NCBI GenBank assembly: GCA_050951325.1
Contig: JBMNIW010000006.1
Coordinates: forward strand, 64,001-128,000
DNA length: 64,000 nt
Source of the DNA: Clostridia bacterium
GTDB lineage: Bacteria; Bacillota; Clostridia; UBA1212; DUPL01
Reading direction: 5' to 3'
This document shows positions 9,447 through 18,265 of the stretch, piece after piece. The notes below the pieces were generated by a model, which was not told where the DNA came from, ran no database searches, and was given only the letters and a program-made list of their open reading frames with translations. Every line of letters starts with the position of its first letter. Within the stretch, counting starts at the first letter, position 1. Both the position numbers and the translations under genes were made by a program.

Positions 9447-10760
9447 ATGGTTAAGGTAACATTTATGGGAGCAGGCAGTACGGTATTTGCAAAGAATGTT
9501 CTCGGAGATTGCATGTCCTCACCGCTGCTCAAAGGAATGGAAATTGCCCTCTACGACATTGACGGTCAAAGACTCAAGGATTCCGAAATGATGCTTCAAG
9601 CAATCAACAGAAATTTTGGGAACCATGCCAGCATAAAGTCGTACCTGGGTGTCGAGAACCGCAAAGAAGCCCTAAGAGGTGCAGACTTTGTAGTAAATGC
9701 TATCCAGGTCGGAGGATACGACCCTTGCACTATAACCGACTTCGAGATACCGAAGAAGTATGGTTTGAAGCAGACCATTGCAGACACTCTGGGTATTGGC
9801 GGTATATTTAGATCATTGCGTACAATACCCGTTGTACTTGACTTTGCAAGGGAAATGGAAGAAGTATGCCCCAAAGCCCTTTTCATCAACTACACAAACC
9901 CAATGGCCATGGTAACAGGAGCAATTCAAAGGGCAACATCCATAAAGGCACTGGGCCTTTGCCACAGTGTTCAGGTTTGTGCCATGACTCTAATGAACGG
10001 TGTAGGCATGGGCGACCAGTACGACGAAACCGTACAATGGAAGATTGCGGGTATAAACCATCAGGCATGGCTTCTTGAAATTACCAAGAACGGTAAAGAC
10101 CTGTATCCTGAAATCAAGGAAAGGTCACTCAAAAACGGGCCGCCTGAGTGGGACAGAGTAAGACATGAGATAATGCACAGATTCGGTTATTACATAACTG
10201 AATCCAGCGAGCACTTATCTGAATATCTACCGTATTTTATAAAAAACCAATATCCTGAACTCATAGAAAGGTACAACATACCAATAGATGAGTACATGAG
10301 AAGATGCGAAAACCAGATTAAGGGCTGGGAGAGCTTGAGAGAAACTTTGGTATCAAAAGATACGCTTGAACATAATCGTTCCGGCGAATACGCTTCATAC
10401 ATAATTGAAGCCATTATTTCAAACAAACCATACAAGTTTGGTGGTAATGTTTTGAATACCGGACTAATAACCAACCTTCCAAAAGAAGCATGCGTTGAAG
10501 TTCCCTGCATAGTTGACGCATCAGGTATACAACCCATATACATAGGAGATCTTCCACCGCAGCTGGCAGCTCTCAACAGGACAAACATAAATGTCCAACT
10601 CCTTACAATAGAAGCTGCACTTACCCTCAAGAAAGAACATATTTATCATGCAGCCATGCTTGATCCACATACATCGAGCGAACTCACAATAGATAATATT
10701 GTAGCAATGTGTGATGATTTAATTGAAGCTCACAAGGGTTGGCTTCCAGAATACAGATAG
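9447..10760 (+). CDS. melA: GH4 NAD-dependent alpha-galactosidase/alpha-glucosidase
   Basis: GAGSTVF, QTIADTLGIGG, NYTNPM, GLCHSVQ, AGINH, TESSEH motifs. Confidence 0.9.
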   Translation: MVKVTFMGAGSTVFAKNVLGDCMSSPLLKGMEIALYDIDGQRLKDSEMMLQAINRNFGNHASIKSYLGVENRKEALRGADFVVNAIQVGGYDPCTITDFEIPKKYGLKQTIADTLGIGGIFRSLRTIPVVLDFAREMEEVCPKALFINYTNPMAMVTGAIQRATSIKALGLCHSVQVCAMTLMNGVGMGDQYDETVQWKIAGINHQAWLLEITKNGKDLYPEIKERSLKNGPPEWDRVRHEIMHRFGYYITESSEHLSEYLPYFIKNQYPELIERYNIPIDEYMRRCENQIKGWESLRETLVSKDTLEHNRSGEYASYIIEAIISNKPYKFGGNVLNTGLITNLPKEACVEVPCIVDASGIQPIYIGDLPPQLAALNRTNINVQLLTIEAALTLKKEHIYHAAMLDPHTSSELTIDNIVAMCDDLIEAHKGWLPEYR

Positions 10761-10761
10761 C

Positions 10762-10790
10762 AAAAAAGGCATCCACGAGATGCCTTTTTT
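10762..10790. terminator. bidirectional intrinsic terminator
   Basis: aaaaaaggcatc-cacga-gatgcctttttt between convergent genes. Confidence 0.85.
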
Positions 10791-10791
10791 C

Positions 10792-12198
10792 TTACCACAA
10801 ATCTATTTTTTCAAACACCCACGCCGAAAGCTCATTCAGTGAAGGATGTATTACCATGGACTCGCTAACCACATCATATGTGCCGTCATTTGAGTTCATG
10901 ACATATACAAAGGGCTGAACCAGCATGGATGAATGAGGCCCTACAGCGTGTACTCCAAGAATTTTTCTGTCCTTGGAGACTATCACTTTTACAAAACCAT
11001 TGTCGTCAGATTTATCCGAATATCCTCTTGAGATGCCTCCCACTACTTCGGAATAGTAGTTGAATGCGGTAACATACTCAATACCCTTCTCTTTGACTTC
11101 CGCCTCAGTAAGTCCTACATGGGACACCTGGGGATAAGTAAAAATAGTCCATGGAACTGCGTTGTAGTTTGCTTTCCTTTTTTCCCTTCCAAACAAATTT
11201 GTTATTAAAACTTCAGCTTCATGATTAGCCTTATGCCTGAATTGATACTTGCCGTTAATATCACCTAGGGCATAAATATGCGGCACATTGGTCTCAAGAT
11301 AATCATTTGTCACTATCCAACCCTTTTCATCCACCTCAATACCGGCCTTTTCCACCTTTAATATATCGGAATTTGACCGAAGCCCCATCGCAATGAAAAG
11401 CTCCTCACTTTCAACAAGGCTTATCTCACCACTTTCCCTATCCTTGAAAGTCACACTCTTGCCTTTTTTCGTCTTCTCTACTGACATCAAGTCCATGTTA
11501 GCAAGAATTTTAATACCATGCTTTTCAAACTGTCTTTTTACAAAATCCCTTATCTCAGGTTCCTCATGTCTTAATAAACCTCTTCTTGCAATAATTGTGA
11601 CATCCACGCCAAATGCGGACAGAATATGGGCAAACTCGGCACTGATTATACCTCCACCCAGGATGGTAACACTTTTCCACAGCTTCTTTGGAAACTTTTC
11701 TCCAAAGAAAGTCTCATAGGTAACATAACCTGTCTCTTCCAATCCATCAATATCAGGAACAAACGACCTTGCACCTGCACTGACAACTATTCTATCACCA
11801 TGAATCTCCTCGGTATTGCCATTCTCGTATCTTACAAGCAAGGTATTTGGTCCTGTAAACTCTGCCAAACCTTTATAAACATCGATATCAGGGGTCTTGT
11901 CAAGATTATCCTCTATCCTGTAGGTGTAGTTAATCTGCTTCCACATTCTCTCTTGTATCTTTTCCCAATCTATGCGGGGTTTTGACAGTTTGACTCCAAC
12001 CCTGTCAGCTCTTTCCGATTCCCTTATTAAATCCGCAGGATAAACCAGCATCTTGGAAGGTATGCAACCCTTTGTAAGGCATGTCCCACCGAACTTATCC
12101 TTTTCAATCAATGCACATTTCACACCTATCTGCATTGCAACTTCTGCTACCATCAGTCCTGCCCCACTACCAATAACCACCAAATCGTACTTCTTCAA
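10792..12198 (-). CDS. flavoprotein disulfide reductase, dihydrolipoamide dehydrogenase family
   Basis: GSGAG FAD site, GGTCLTKGCIPSK redox disulfide, GGGIISAE, C-terminal HPSLNE. Confidence 0.88.
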   Translation of the reverse strand: MKKYDLVVIGSGAGLMVAEVAMQIGVKCALIEKDKFGGTCLTKGCIPSKMLVYPADLIRESERADRVGVKLSKPRIDWEKIQERMWKQINYTYRIEDNLDKTPDIDVYKGLAEFTGPNTLLVRYENGNTEEIHGDRIVVSAGARSFVPDIDGLEETGYVTYETFFGEKFPKKLWKSVTILGGGIISAEFAHILSAFGVDVTIIARRGLLRHEEPEIRDFVKRQFEKHGIKILANMDLMSVEKTKKGKSVTFKDRESGEISLVESEELFIAMGLRSNSDILKVEKAGIEVDEKGWIVTNDYLETNVPHIYALGDINGKYQFRHKANHEAEVLITNLFGREKRKANYNAVPWTIFTYPQVSHVGLTEAEVKEKGIEYVTAFNYYSEVVGGISRGYSDKSDDNGFVKVIVSKDRKILGVHAVGPHSSMLVQPFVYVMNSNDGTYDVVSESMVIHPSLNELSAWVFEKIDLW

Positions 12199-12227
12199 TT
12201 ACATCCCCTCCCACATTACTAGAAATT

Positions 12228-13370
12228 TTATTCCACGCTCTTTTTAGCTATCTCAAGGTATGAAAACTCTTTCGCGCCTTTTTCCTTTGCAATTATCTTC
12301 ATATTCTCATAAAATTCCTTGTCTTTCAAAACCAAACTTATCTTCTCCCTTATTTCCTCCACGTTGTCTTCGTAGAGAAAAAGGCAGTTTCCTCCCATAT
12401 CCACATGCTCGTTGCCTTCCCAGTACTTTACTATCATAGGTATTCCAAGACCCAGTACCTGTTCCCAGAAAACCGAGTGTCTTCCCGGAAAAACAACCAA
12501 ATCCGCCGAAGAAAAGTATTTATATGAGTCGAATGCATTTATCCACCCAATATACTGGACATTACCATGTGCTCTTTTTAATACTTCTTCCTTTAAATCT
12601 TCCTCCACCGAGCCAAAAACAATAAGTTTTGCATTATCAAGAGTAGATACTGCATCCATCAAAAGAAGAGTCTGCTTCTTTGCATAATCTATCTTTCCAC
12701 CAGTCATTATTAAAAAATCATCTTCACCAATGCCATATTTGGTCCTTATCTCTTTTCGGGCATTGCTGTTTAAAGCTTCTTCCACCTTGTCTGTATCCGC
12801 ACCCATGAGTAAAAGACCAAGCTTGTCGTCCTTAAGCTTGTATACTTCTTTCAAAAATCTAACTCTTCCGGGTGTTACCCCATAAATCTTTTCAGCATGC
12901 TTGTATGCAAGCTTTGCATACCGCTTCCAAATAACTCCGTGAAGAATGTATCTGGACAGAAAGTTCGTGGCACTGTTTGAAAAGTCAGCATGGTTGTCCA
13001 CATACATCTTTACATAGTCATTCCTTTTCTTGTACTTGACAACCTCCGTCAAATCCAGAAATTGAACACCATGAACAAACAATACATCCGGGTTTATCCT
13101 TTCAATTGTTTCATACAAGCCATCATACCTTCTAAACTTGTCCTCGTAATCTCCCTTTTTAACTTTCAAACGATATAATTTCACACCATCGGAGTTTACA
13201 TACTCTTTCTTGTCTGATATTGCAATGGTTCCTTCCTGGGTGAAATAATAGGGCGAAGCTATCATGGAAACATCCATGCCCAGCTTCGCCTGATATTTCG
13301 TCAGCAGATTTTCCTGATAGCTGAAATTATCCGTTACCGGTCCGCACAAACAAACATGGCACACTTTCAT
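12228..13370 (-). CDS. GT4 (GT-B) glycosyltransferase
   Basis: GGKIDYAKK, YFSSADLVVFPGRHSVFWEQVLGLGIPMIV; overlaps folA stop. Confidence 0.82.
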   Translation of the reverse strand: MKVCHVCLCGPVTDNFSYQENLLTKYQAKLGMDVSMIASPYYFTQEGTIAISDKKEYVNSDGVKLYRLKVKKGDYEDKFRRYDGLYETIERINPDVLFVHGVQFLDLTEVVKYKKRNDYVKMYVDNHADFSNSATNFLSRYILHGVIWKRYAKLAYKHAEKIYGVTPGRVRFLKEVYKLKDDKLGLLLMGADTDKVEEALNSNARKEIRTKYGIGEDDFLIMTGGKIDYAKKQTLLLMDAVSTLDNAKLIVFGSVEEDLKEEVLKRAHGNVQYIGWINAFDSYKYFSSADLVVFPGRHSVFWEQVLGLGIPMIVKYWEGNEHVDMGGNCLFLYEDNVEEIREKISLVLKDKEFYENMKIIAKEKGAKEFSYLEIAKKSVE

Positions 13371-13888
13371 TTGGTTTTACCTGTCTTTTCATATATAGTA
13401 AATTTGAAAGAAAAATCTCCTCCCGTATCTGTCTCGGGATTTGTTCTAAACTCTTCACTTTCATAAACGCATATCCAATCATCAGATTCGTCCAGATTTG
13501 GAATATACGTGTCCTTGTCAAACGACTTGTCAAATTTGGTAACATATGCTTTCGTACAATAAGGAAGGAGCTGGTTGTACACACTTGCCCCGCCTATGAC
13601 AAAGATATCCTCTTTGTTGTAGGATTCAAGCTTCTTAAACAAGTCATCAAGAGAGTTTGCAACAATTGCACCCTCGACCTTGAAATCAGGGCTTGGATTT
13701 AAAATTATGTTAATCCTGTTTTTCAATACCTTGCCGCCTGGAAAGGTCGCCAAGGTATTAGTGCCATACACAACAATCTTGCCAGAAGTAACCTTTGCAA
13801 AGTTTCTGAGGTCTTCCCTAACCCTGGCAAGCAAATCTCCCTTGTATCCTATACCCCAGTCCGTGTCTACTGCCACAATCAGATTCAT
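13367..13888 (-). CDS. folA: dihydrofolate reductase
   Basis: IVAVD..WGIG, LKNRINIIL, FVIGGASVY, DTYIP; follows thyA. Confidence 0.93.
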   Translation of the reverse strand: MNLIVAVDTDWGIGYKGDLLARVREDLRNFAKVTSGKIVVYGTNTLATFPGGKVLKNRINIILNPSPDFKVEGAIVANSLDDLFKKLESYNKEDIFVIGGASVYNQLLPYCTKAYVTKFDKSFDKDTYIPNLDESDDWICVYESEEFRTNPETDTGGDFSFKFTIYEKTGKTK

Positions 13889-13903
13889 AAAACTGTCCTT
13901 TCA

Positions 13904-14734
13904 TTAAATAGCAACAGGAAACCTGCCTATCTTCTCACCATGCATGTAGTTCAATACCGTAAAGCTCTCCGGCGTGAATTTATAGAAATCGTCTATGGAT
14001 TCATCCAGTAAAACCGTCGGTGATTCATACTCCTCTCTTGCAAGAAGATCCTCTATTATCGGTATATGGCGATCATAAATGTGAGCATCAGCAATTACAT
14101 GTACCAGTTCTCCCGGCTTTAGGTTGGAAACCTGTGCAAGCATAAGAACCAGTGCTGCATACTGGGCTACATTCCATGCATTGGCCGCCAGCATATCCTG
14201 GGAGCGCTGGTTAAGTATGGCACAAAGTCTTCCATCCACCACATTAAAAGTCATGGAGTAAGCACAAGGGTAAAGTGCCATTTCATTAAGGTCCGCAAAA
14301 TTGTACATATTAGTCATGATTCTGCGGCTGTGGGGATTGTTCTTAAGGTCATAAAGAATCCTGTCCACCATGTCGAACTCCCCTTCTTTGTACTTGTGCT
14401 TTATTCCCATCTGATATCCGTAGGCTTTACCAATGGAGCCGTTTTCATCCGCCCACTGGTCCCAGATTCTGCTGTTCAAATCCTTTATGTTGTTGGATTT
14501 CTTCTGCCAAATCCAAAGTATTTCATCTACAGCTTTGTGGAAGCTAATAGGGCGGATAGTAATTAGCGGGAATTCCTTTGACAAATCGTATCTATTTACA
14601 ACTCCAAACTTCTTTATCGTATATGCAGGAGTACCGTCTTCCCATCTGGCTCTAATATTCTCATCCTTTACCCATACTCCATTATCTAGTATATCCCTGC
14701 ATGTTTCCTTGAATGTCCTGTCCAGTATTCCCAT
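13904..14734 (-). CDS. thyA: thymidylate synthase
   Basis: GKAYGYQ, SRRIM, MALYPC, QRSQD, HIYDRH motifs. Confidence 0.96.
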   Translation of the reverse strand: MGILDRTFKETCRDILDNGVWVKDENIRARWEDGTPAYTIKKFGVVNRYDLSKEFPLITIRPISFHKAVDEILWIWQKKSNNIKDLNSRIWDQWADENGSIGKAYGYQMGIKHKYKEGEFDMVDRILYDLKNNPHSRRIMTNMYNFADLNEMALYPCAYSMTFNVVDGRLCAILNQRSQDMLAANAWNVAQYAALVLMLAQVSNLKPGELVHVIADAHIYDRHIPIIEDLLAREEYESPTVLLDESIDDFYKFTPESFTVLNYMHGEKIGRFPVAI

Positions 14735-14743
14735 TTCAACCCC

Positions 14744-16687
14744 CTATATTCTCTTCTCATCTATTTCTTCTTTAATCATTCTGCAGAATTCATCAACTGC
14801 AATACTGCCCATTTCTCCTTGCTTTCTGGATCTTACACTAACTTTTCCTTCCTCCAGCTCTCTATCCCCAGCTACCAGCATGTATGGAATCTTCTCCACC
14901 TGTGCTTCCCTTATCCTGTAGCCAATCTTTTCATTCCTGTCATCAAGCTCGGCTCTTACACCTAGCGCCTTAAGCTTCCTTACAACCTCTGCACAGTAGT
15001 CCGCCTGCTTTTCAACAATTGGCATGACTCTTACCTGCACCGGAGCAAGCCATGTCGGGAAAGCACCTGCATACTTCTCTATCAAGAGAGCAAGGGTTCT
15101 TTCATAGCATCCAATTGAAGTACGGTGAATGATATATGGGTGTTTCTTTGTTCCATCCCTGTCCACATAGACCATTCCGAATCTCTCTGCCAGCTGGAAG
15201 TCGATCTGGATTGTAATAAGGGTATCTTCCTTGCCGTGGACGTTCCTAATCTGAATGTCAAGCTTCGGACCATAGAACGCAGCTTCACCCACGCCTTCAG
15301 TATACTCCAAGCCCGAATTGTCAAGGATGGTCTTCATTGCACTTTGAACATTCTCCCACTCCTCAGGACTTCCAATATATTTCTCCTTGTTCTCAGGATC
15401 CCATTTTGAGAACCTGAAGAACACATCCTCATGCAGTCCAAGTGTCTTCAACATGAAGGTTGCAAGATCCAGACAGTCTCTGAACTCCTCTTCAAGCTGC
15501 GAAGGAGTAACTATCAAATGTCCCTCCGAAATGGTAAACTGTCTTACTCTGATAAGTCCATGCATTTCACCGGAAGACTCGTTTCTAAACAAAGTCGAAG
15601 TCTCAGCATACCTTATTGGAAGGTCCCTGTAACTTCTAGTCTTTGTTAGGTAAGCCTGAAACTGGAATGGACAAGTCATTGGCCTTAGTGCAAGTACTTC
15701 CTCTTCGTCAGCCTTTTCAGGGTCGCCAATAATGAACATGCCATCACGGTAGTGGTACCAATGCTGTGATATCTTGTATAAATCAGACTTTGCCATAAAT
15801 GGTGTTTTTGTAATCTGGTAACCACGCTTTTCTTCTTCGTCTTCCACAAAACGCTGCAGAATCTGCAGTATTTTAGCTCCCTTTGGCAGCATAATAGGTA
15901 GTCCTTGACCAATATAATCTACGGTGGTAAACAGCTCCAACTCACGTCCCAATCTGTTGTGGTCTCTTTTTCTCGCCTCTTCAAGCTTCTCAAGATACTC
16001 CTTCAAAAGTTTCTTGTCAGGAAAGCTTGTTCCGTAGATTCTCTTAAGCATCTTGTTCTTTTCATCACCTCTCCAGTAAGCTCCTGCTGTCTGGATAAGC
16101 TTGAAAGCCTTCACTCTTCCTGTATTATCAAGATGCGGCCCGGAACACAAATCCACAAACTCTCCCTGTCTGTAAAAGGATATTTCCGCATCCTCAGGCA
16201 AATCATTGATAAGCTCCACTTTGTATGTTTCCCCTAGCTCGTTCATATACTCTATAGCCTTGTCCCTAGGCAGAACGAACCTTTCAATAGGGAGCTTCTC
16301 GGAAACAATCTTCTTCATTTCTTCTTCTATTTTAACAAGATCTTCACTCGTAAATGTTCCATCTATATCAAAGTCGTAATAAAATCCATTCTCCGTAGCA
16401 GGACCTATTGCCAAGCGTACATCTTTATACAGTCTCATAACTGCCTGGGCCAATATGTGGGACGTTGTGTGTCTGTATGCCTTTTTCCCTTCCTCACTGT
16501 CGAACGTCAAAATGTTTAATGTGCAGTCCTTATCCAGAGTTGTGCCAAGCTCAGTAACAACTCCATCAACTTCTGCAAGCACTGCATTTCTTGCAAGTCC
16601 ATGACTAATCATTTTAGCAACTTCAATAACACTAGTTCCTTTTTCTACTTGTATTTTGGATCCATCTTTCAAAGTTACGTCTATCAT
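14744..16687 (-). CDS. thrS: threonine--tRNA ligase
   Basis: TGS domain, HTTSHILAQA, DLCSGPH, RPMTCP, GLIRVRQF, FYGPKLD, IHR. Confidence 0.98.
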   Translation of the reverse strand: MIDVTLKDGSKIQVEKGTSVIEVAKMISHGLARNAVLAEVDGVVTELGTTLDKDCTLNILTFDSEEGKKAYRHTTSHILAQAVMRLYKDVRLAIGPATENGFYYDFDIDGTFTSEDLVKIEEEMKKIVSEKLPIERFVLPRDKAIEYMNELGETYKVELINDLPEDAEISFYRQGEFVDLCSGPHLDNTGRVKAFKLIQTAGAYWRGDEKNKMLKRIYGTSFPDKKLLKEYLEKLEEARKRDHNRLGRELELFTTVDYIGQGLPIMLPKGAKILQILQRFVEDEEEKRGYQITKTPFMAKSDLYKISQHWYHYRDGMFIIGDPEKADEEEVLALRPMTCPFQFQAYLTKTRSYRDLPIRYAETSTLFRNESSGEMHGLIRVRQFTISEGHLIVTPSQLEEEFRDCLDLATFMLKTLGLHEDVFFRFSKWDPENKEKYIGSPEEWENVQSAMKTILDNSGLEYTEGVGEAAFYGPKLDIQIRNVHGKEDTLITIQIDFQLAERFGMVYVDRDGTKKHPYIIHRTSIGCYERTLALLIEKYAGAFPTWLAPVQVRVMPIVEKQADYCAEVVRKLKALGVRAELDDRNEKIGYRIREAQVEKIPYMLVAGDRELEEGKVSVRSRKQGEMGSIAVDEFCRMIKEEIDEKRI

Positions 16688-16712
16688 ATTGAAACCTCTT
16701 TAAAATATACTG

Positions 16713-16729
16713 GGTGGCTACAATCCACC
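16713..16729 (-). promoter_or_regulatory. putative thrS translational operator (tRNA-Thr UGU anticodon stem-loop mimic)
   Basis: mRNA GGUGG-AUUGUAG-CCACC: 5-bp stem, 7-nt loop with U-UGU-A at the anticodon positions, -42..-26 from the ATG. Confidence 0.55.
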
Positions 16730-16738
16730 TGTCTCTTT

Positions 16739-16767
16739 ATTGTACGCTCAATTCAGCAAAAAATCAA
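16739..16767 (-). promoter_or_regulatory. proximal sigmaA-type promoter for thrS
   Basis: TTGATT-N17-TACAAT on the minus strand. Confidence 0.6.
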
Positions 16768-16894
16768 GAATTTGACTTCTAGTCTTAAAGTTATGGTGAT
16801 TATCTCATTACTCTGTTCTTCTCCCTTGAGCGTCTTCCGTCATTACATATTTCTGTTTTCCTGTTTTCCAAATGTTTCTTTACCTCTAAATCAA

Positions 16895-16923
16895 ATTGTA
16901 TACCACATACTGGAATATTTCAA
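16895..16923 (-). promoter_or_regulatory. distal sigmaA-type promoter upstream of thrS
   Basis: TTGAAA-N17-TACAAT on the minus strand. Confidence 0.55.
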
Positions 16924-17002
16924 TGCATTTACTTGTTTATTTTTATCCATAAATACAAGTTTAACGGTAATTAAAAAAAACATATACTGTATTCAAAGTA
17001 TA

Positions 17003-17188
17003 GCCATCGAACGAGTTTTGTTGTTGGCTTTTGTAGCGGCAATTGCCCTTGCGTCGTTTTCCGCAAAAAGTGCGGCACTAAGCCCCAAAGAAATGGCAAA
17101 GTTGCAGAAAAAGATTGAATATTTCAAAGATTAAAGTAAAGATAAGTATGCAAAATTGGAGTTAGAGAAGGAACCTGAAGTAAATTAG
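17003..17188 (+). pseudogene. possible 3' remnant of a membrane protein gene
   Basis: Protein-like LLLAFVAAIALASFSAKSAALSPKEMAKLQKKIEYFKD*SKDKYAKLELEKEPEVN* with no RBS or good start and an internal TAA; ends just before a terminator. Confidence 0.35.
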
Positions 17189-17220
17189 AAAGAGCTGTTG
17201 CCAATTGCAACAGCCCCTTT
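17189..17220. terminator. intrinsic terminator
   Basis: gctgttgc-caatt-gcaacagc flanked by A/T runs. Confidence 0.75.
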
Positions 17221-17221
17221 A

Positions 17222-18238
17222 TTAATAACTGTAATCCACATTATTCTTTGGTTCCATATCAAAATCAAACGGGAACTCAATATATTCCGTACCATATAGT
17301 CCTGAGATATAATGGTGTTTGACTTGCAAATCCTCAAACATCCATTTCTTTGTCTCATCTGTTCTGAACTGTTTGTTGGTGTTCGCCCAAACCCATTCAG
17401 GTATAGGCCACAAACATACCTTTGGATTAATCTTCACATAATGTGCTTTCTGAAGACCAGCCTGACCATGGTGGGACATCTGCACCATGTCACTTTGTAT
17501 GGTATCTTTATACTCCCTTATTAGCTTTGAGCCAGCTTCCGCACCCGCATCACCTGTGAACAGAACTGTCTGGCCCTCAACTTCCATGCGGAAGATAAGG
17601 GATGAGTTGTTTATGGGATTGGCTGTAATTTTCTCATCAGGCACCTGAAGAATTTCAAACTTAACATTGTCTACTTCAATGATGTCGCCAACCTGGACAC
17701 CCTCATATTCCTGATATGCATTTTCACCGAACAGAGTGTTATATGCAGCTCTGAATCTGTCCATGTATGGTTCACCATTGGGTTCATACTTGGCTATGAA
17801 CTCATCAGACGGGAAATTGAAGTACACATTGTTTACAGTAAACTTATCATTCTTTTGTTCCACCATCTTTACAAACTCATAGTAATGATCGTAATGGGCA
17901 TGGGAGATGAACCAGGCATCGATAACCGGATGTTCCTCTCCACTAATCTCCTGCAACTCTTCCAAAAGATAAGCAGGAGCATTCAATCCATGACCATCAA
18001 TTCCTCCGTCAATAACAATGAGCTTGTTGTTTTTTGTCTTAATGACGTAACACATCATAAGGCTAAGTTTTTCAGGAACCACCTGATAAAGAATGGTCTT
18101 GCCTTCAACCTCGCTGGTTGATTCCGGTGTTGCTGTAGCCTCAGGATCACTGTCATTCTTTTTGTTATTCACATCGCAAGATGCTAATGTAAATATGAAT
18201 ACTAAACTAAGAACCAAAGATAAAACTCTTTTCAACAT
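17222..18238 (-). CDS. MBL-fold metallo-hydrolase lipoprotein (ComEC/Pce-like)
   Basis: Lipobox LASC; IDGG, SHAHYDH, NNSSL, FTGD, SHHG motifs. Confidence 0.85.
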   Translation of the reverse strand: MLKRVLSLVLSLVFIFTLASCDVNNKKNDSDPEATATPESTSEVEGKTILYQVVPEKLSLMMCYVIKTKNNKLIVIDGGIDGHGLNAPAYLLEELQEISGEEHPVIDAWFISHAHYDHYYEFVKMVEQKNDKFTVNNVYFNFPSDEFIAKYEPNGEPYMDRFRAAYNTLFGENAYQEYEGVQVGDIIEVDNVKFEILQVPDEKITANPINNSSLIFRMEVEGQTVLFTGDAGAEAGSKLIREYKDTIQSDMVQMSHHGQAGLQKAHYVKINPKVCLWPIPEWVWANTNKQFRTDETKKWMFEDLQVKHHYISGLYGTEYIEFPFDFDMEPKNNVDYSY

Positions 18239-18265
18239 TTTTCTACCTCACCTAACTAATTCGAT

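Noticed and set aside
13367-14734. thyA-folA as a mobile trimethoprim-resistance cassette
   Set aside because: Embedded in a housekeeping operon behind thrS with no adjacent mobile-element signatures.
16690-17000. T-box riboswitch upstream of thrS
   Set aside because: No GGTGG.ACC(G/A)CG T-box followed by a terminator and no recognisable stem I; the GGTGG present is the stem of the small hairpin.
16601-17134. 177-aa plus-strand ORF
   Set aside because: Mostly antisense to thrS and its leader; only the last ~45 codons look protein-like and are listed as a possible remnant.
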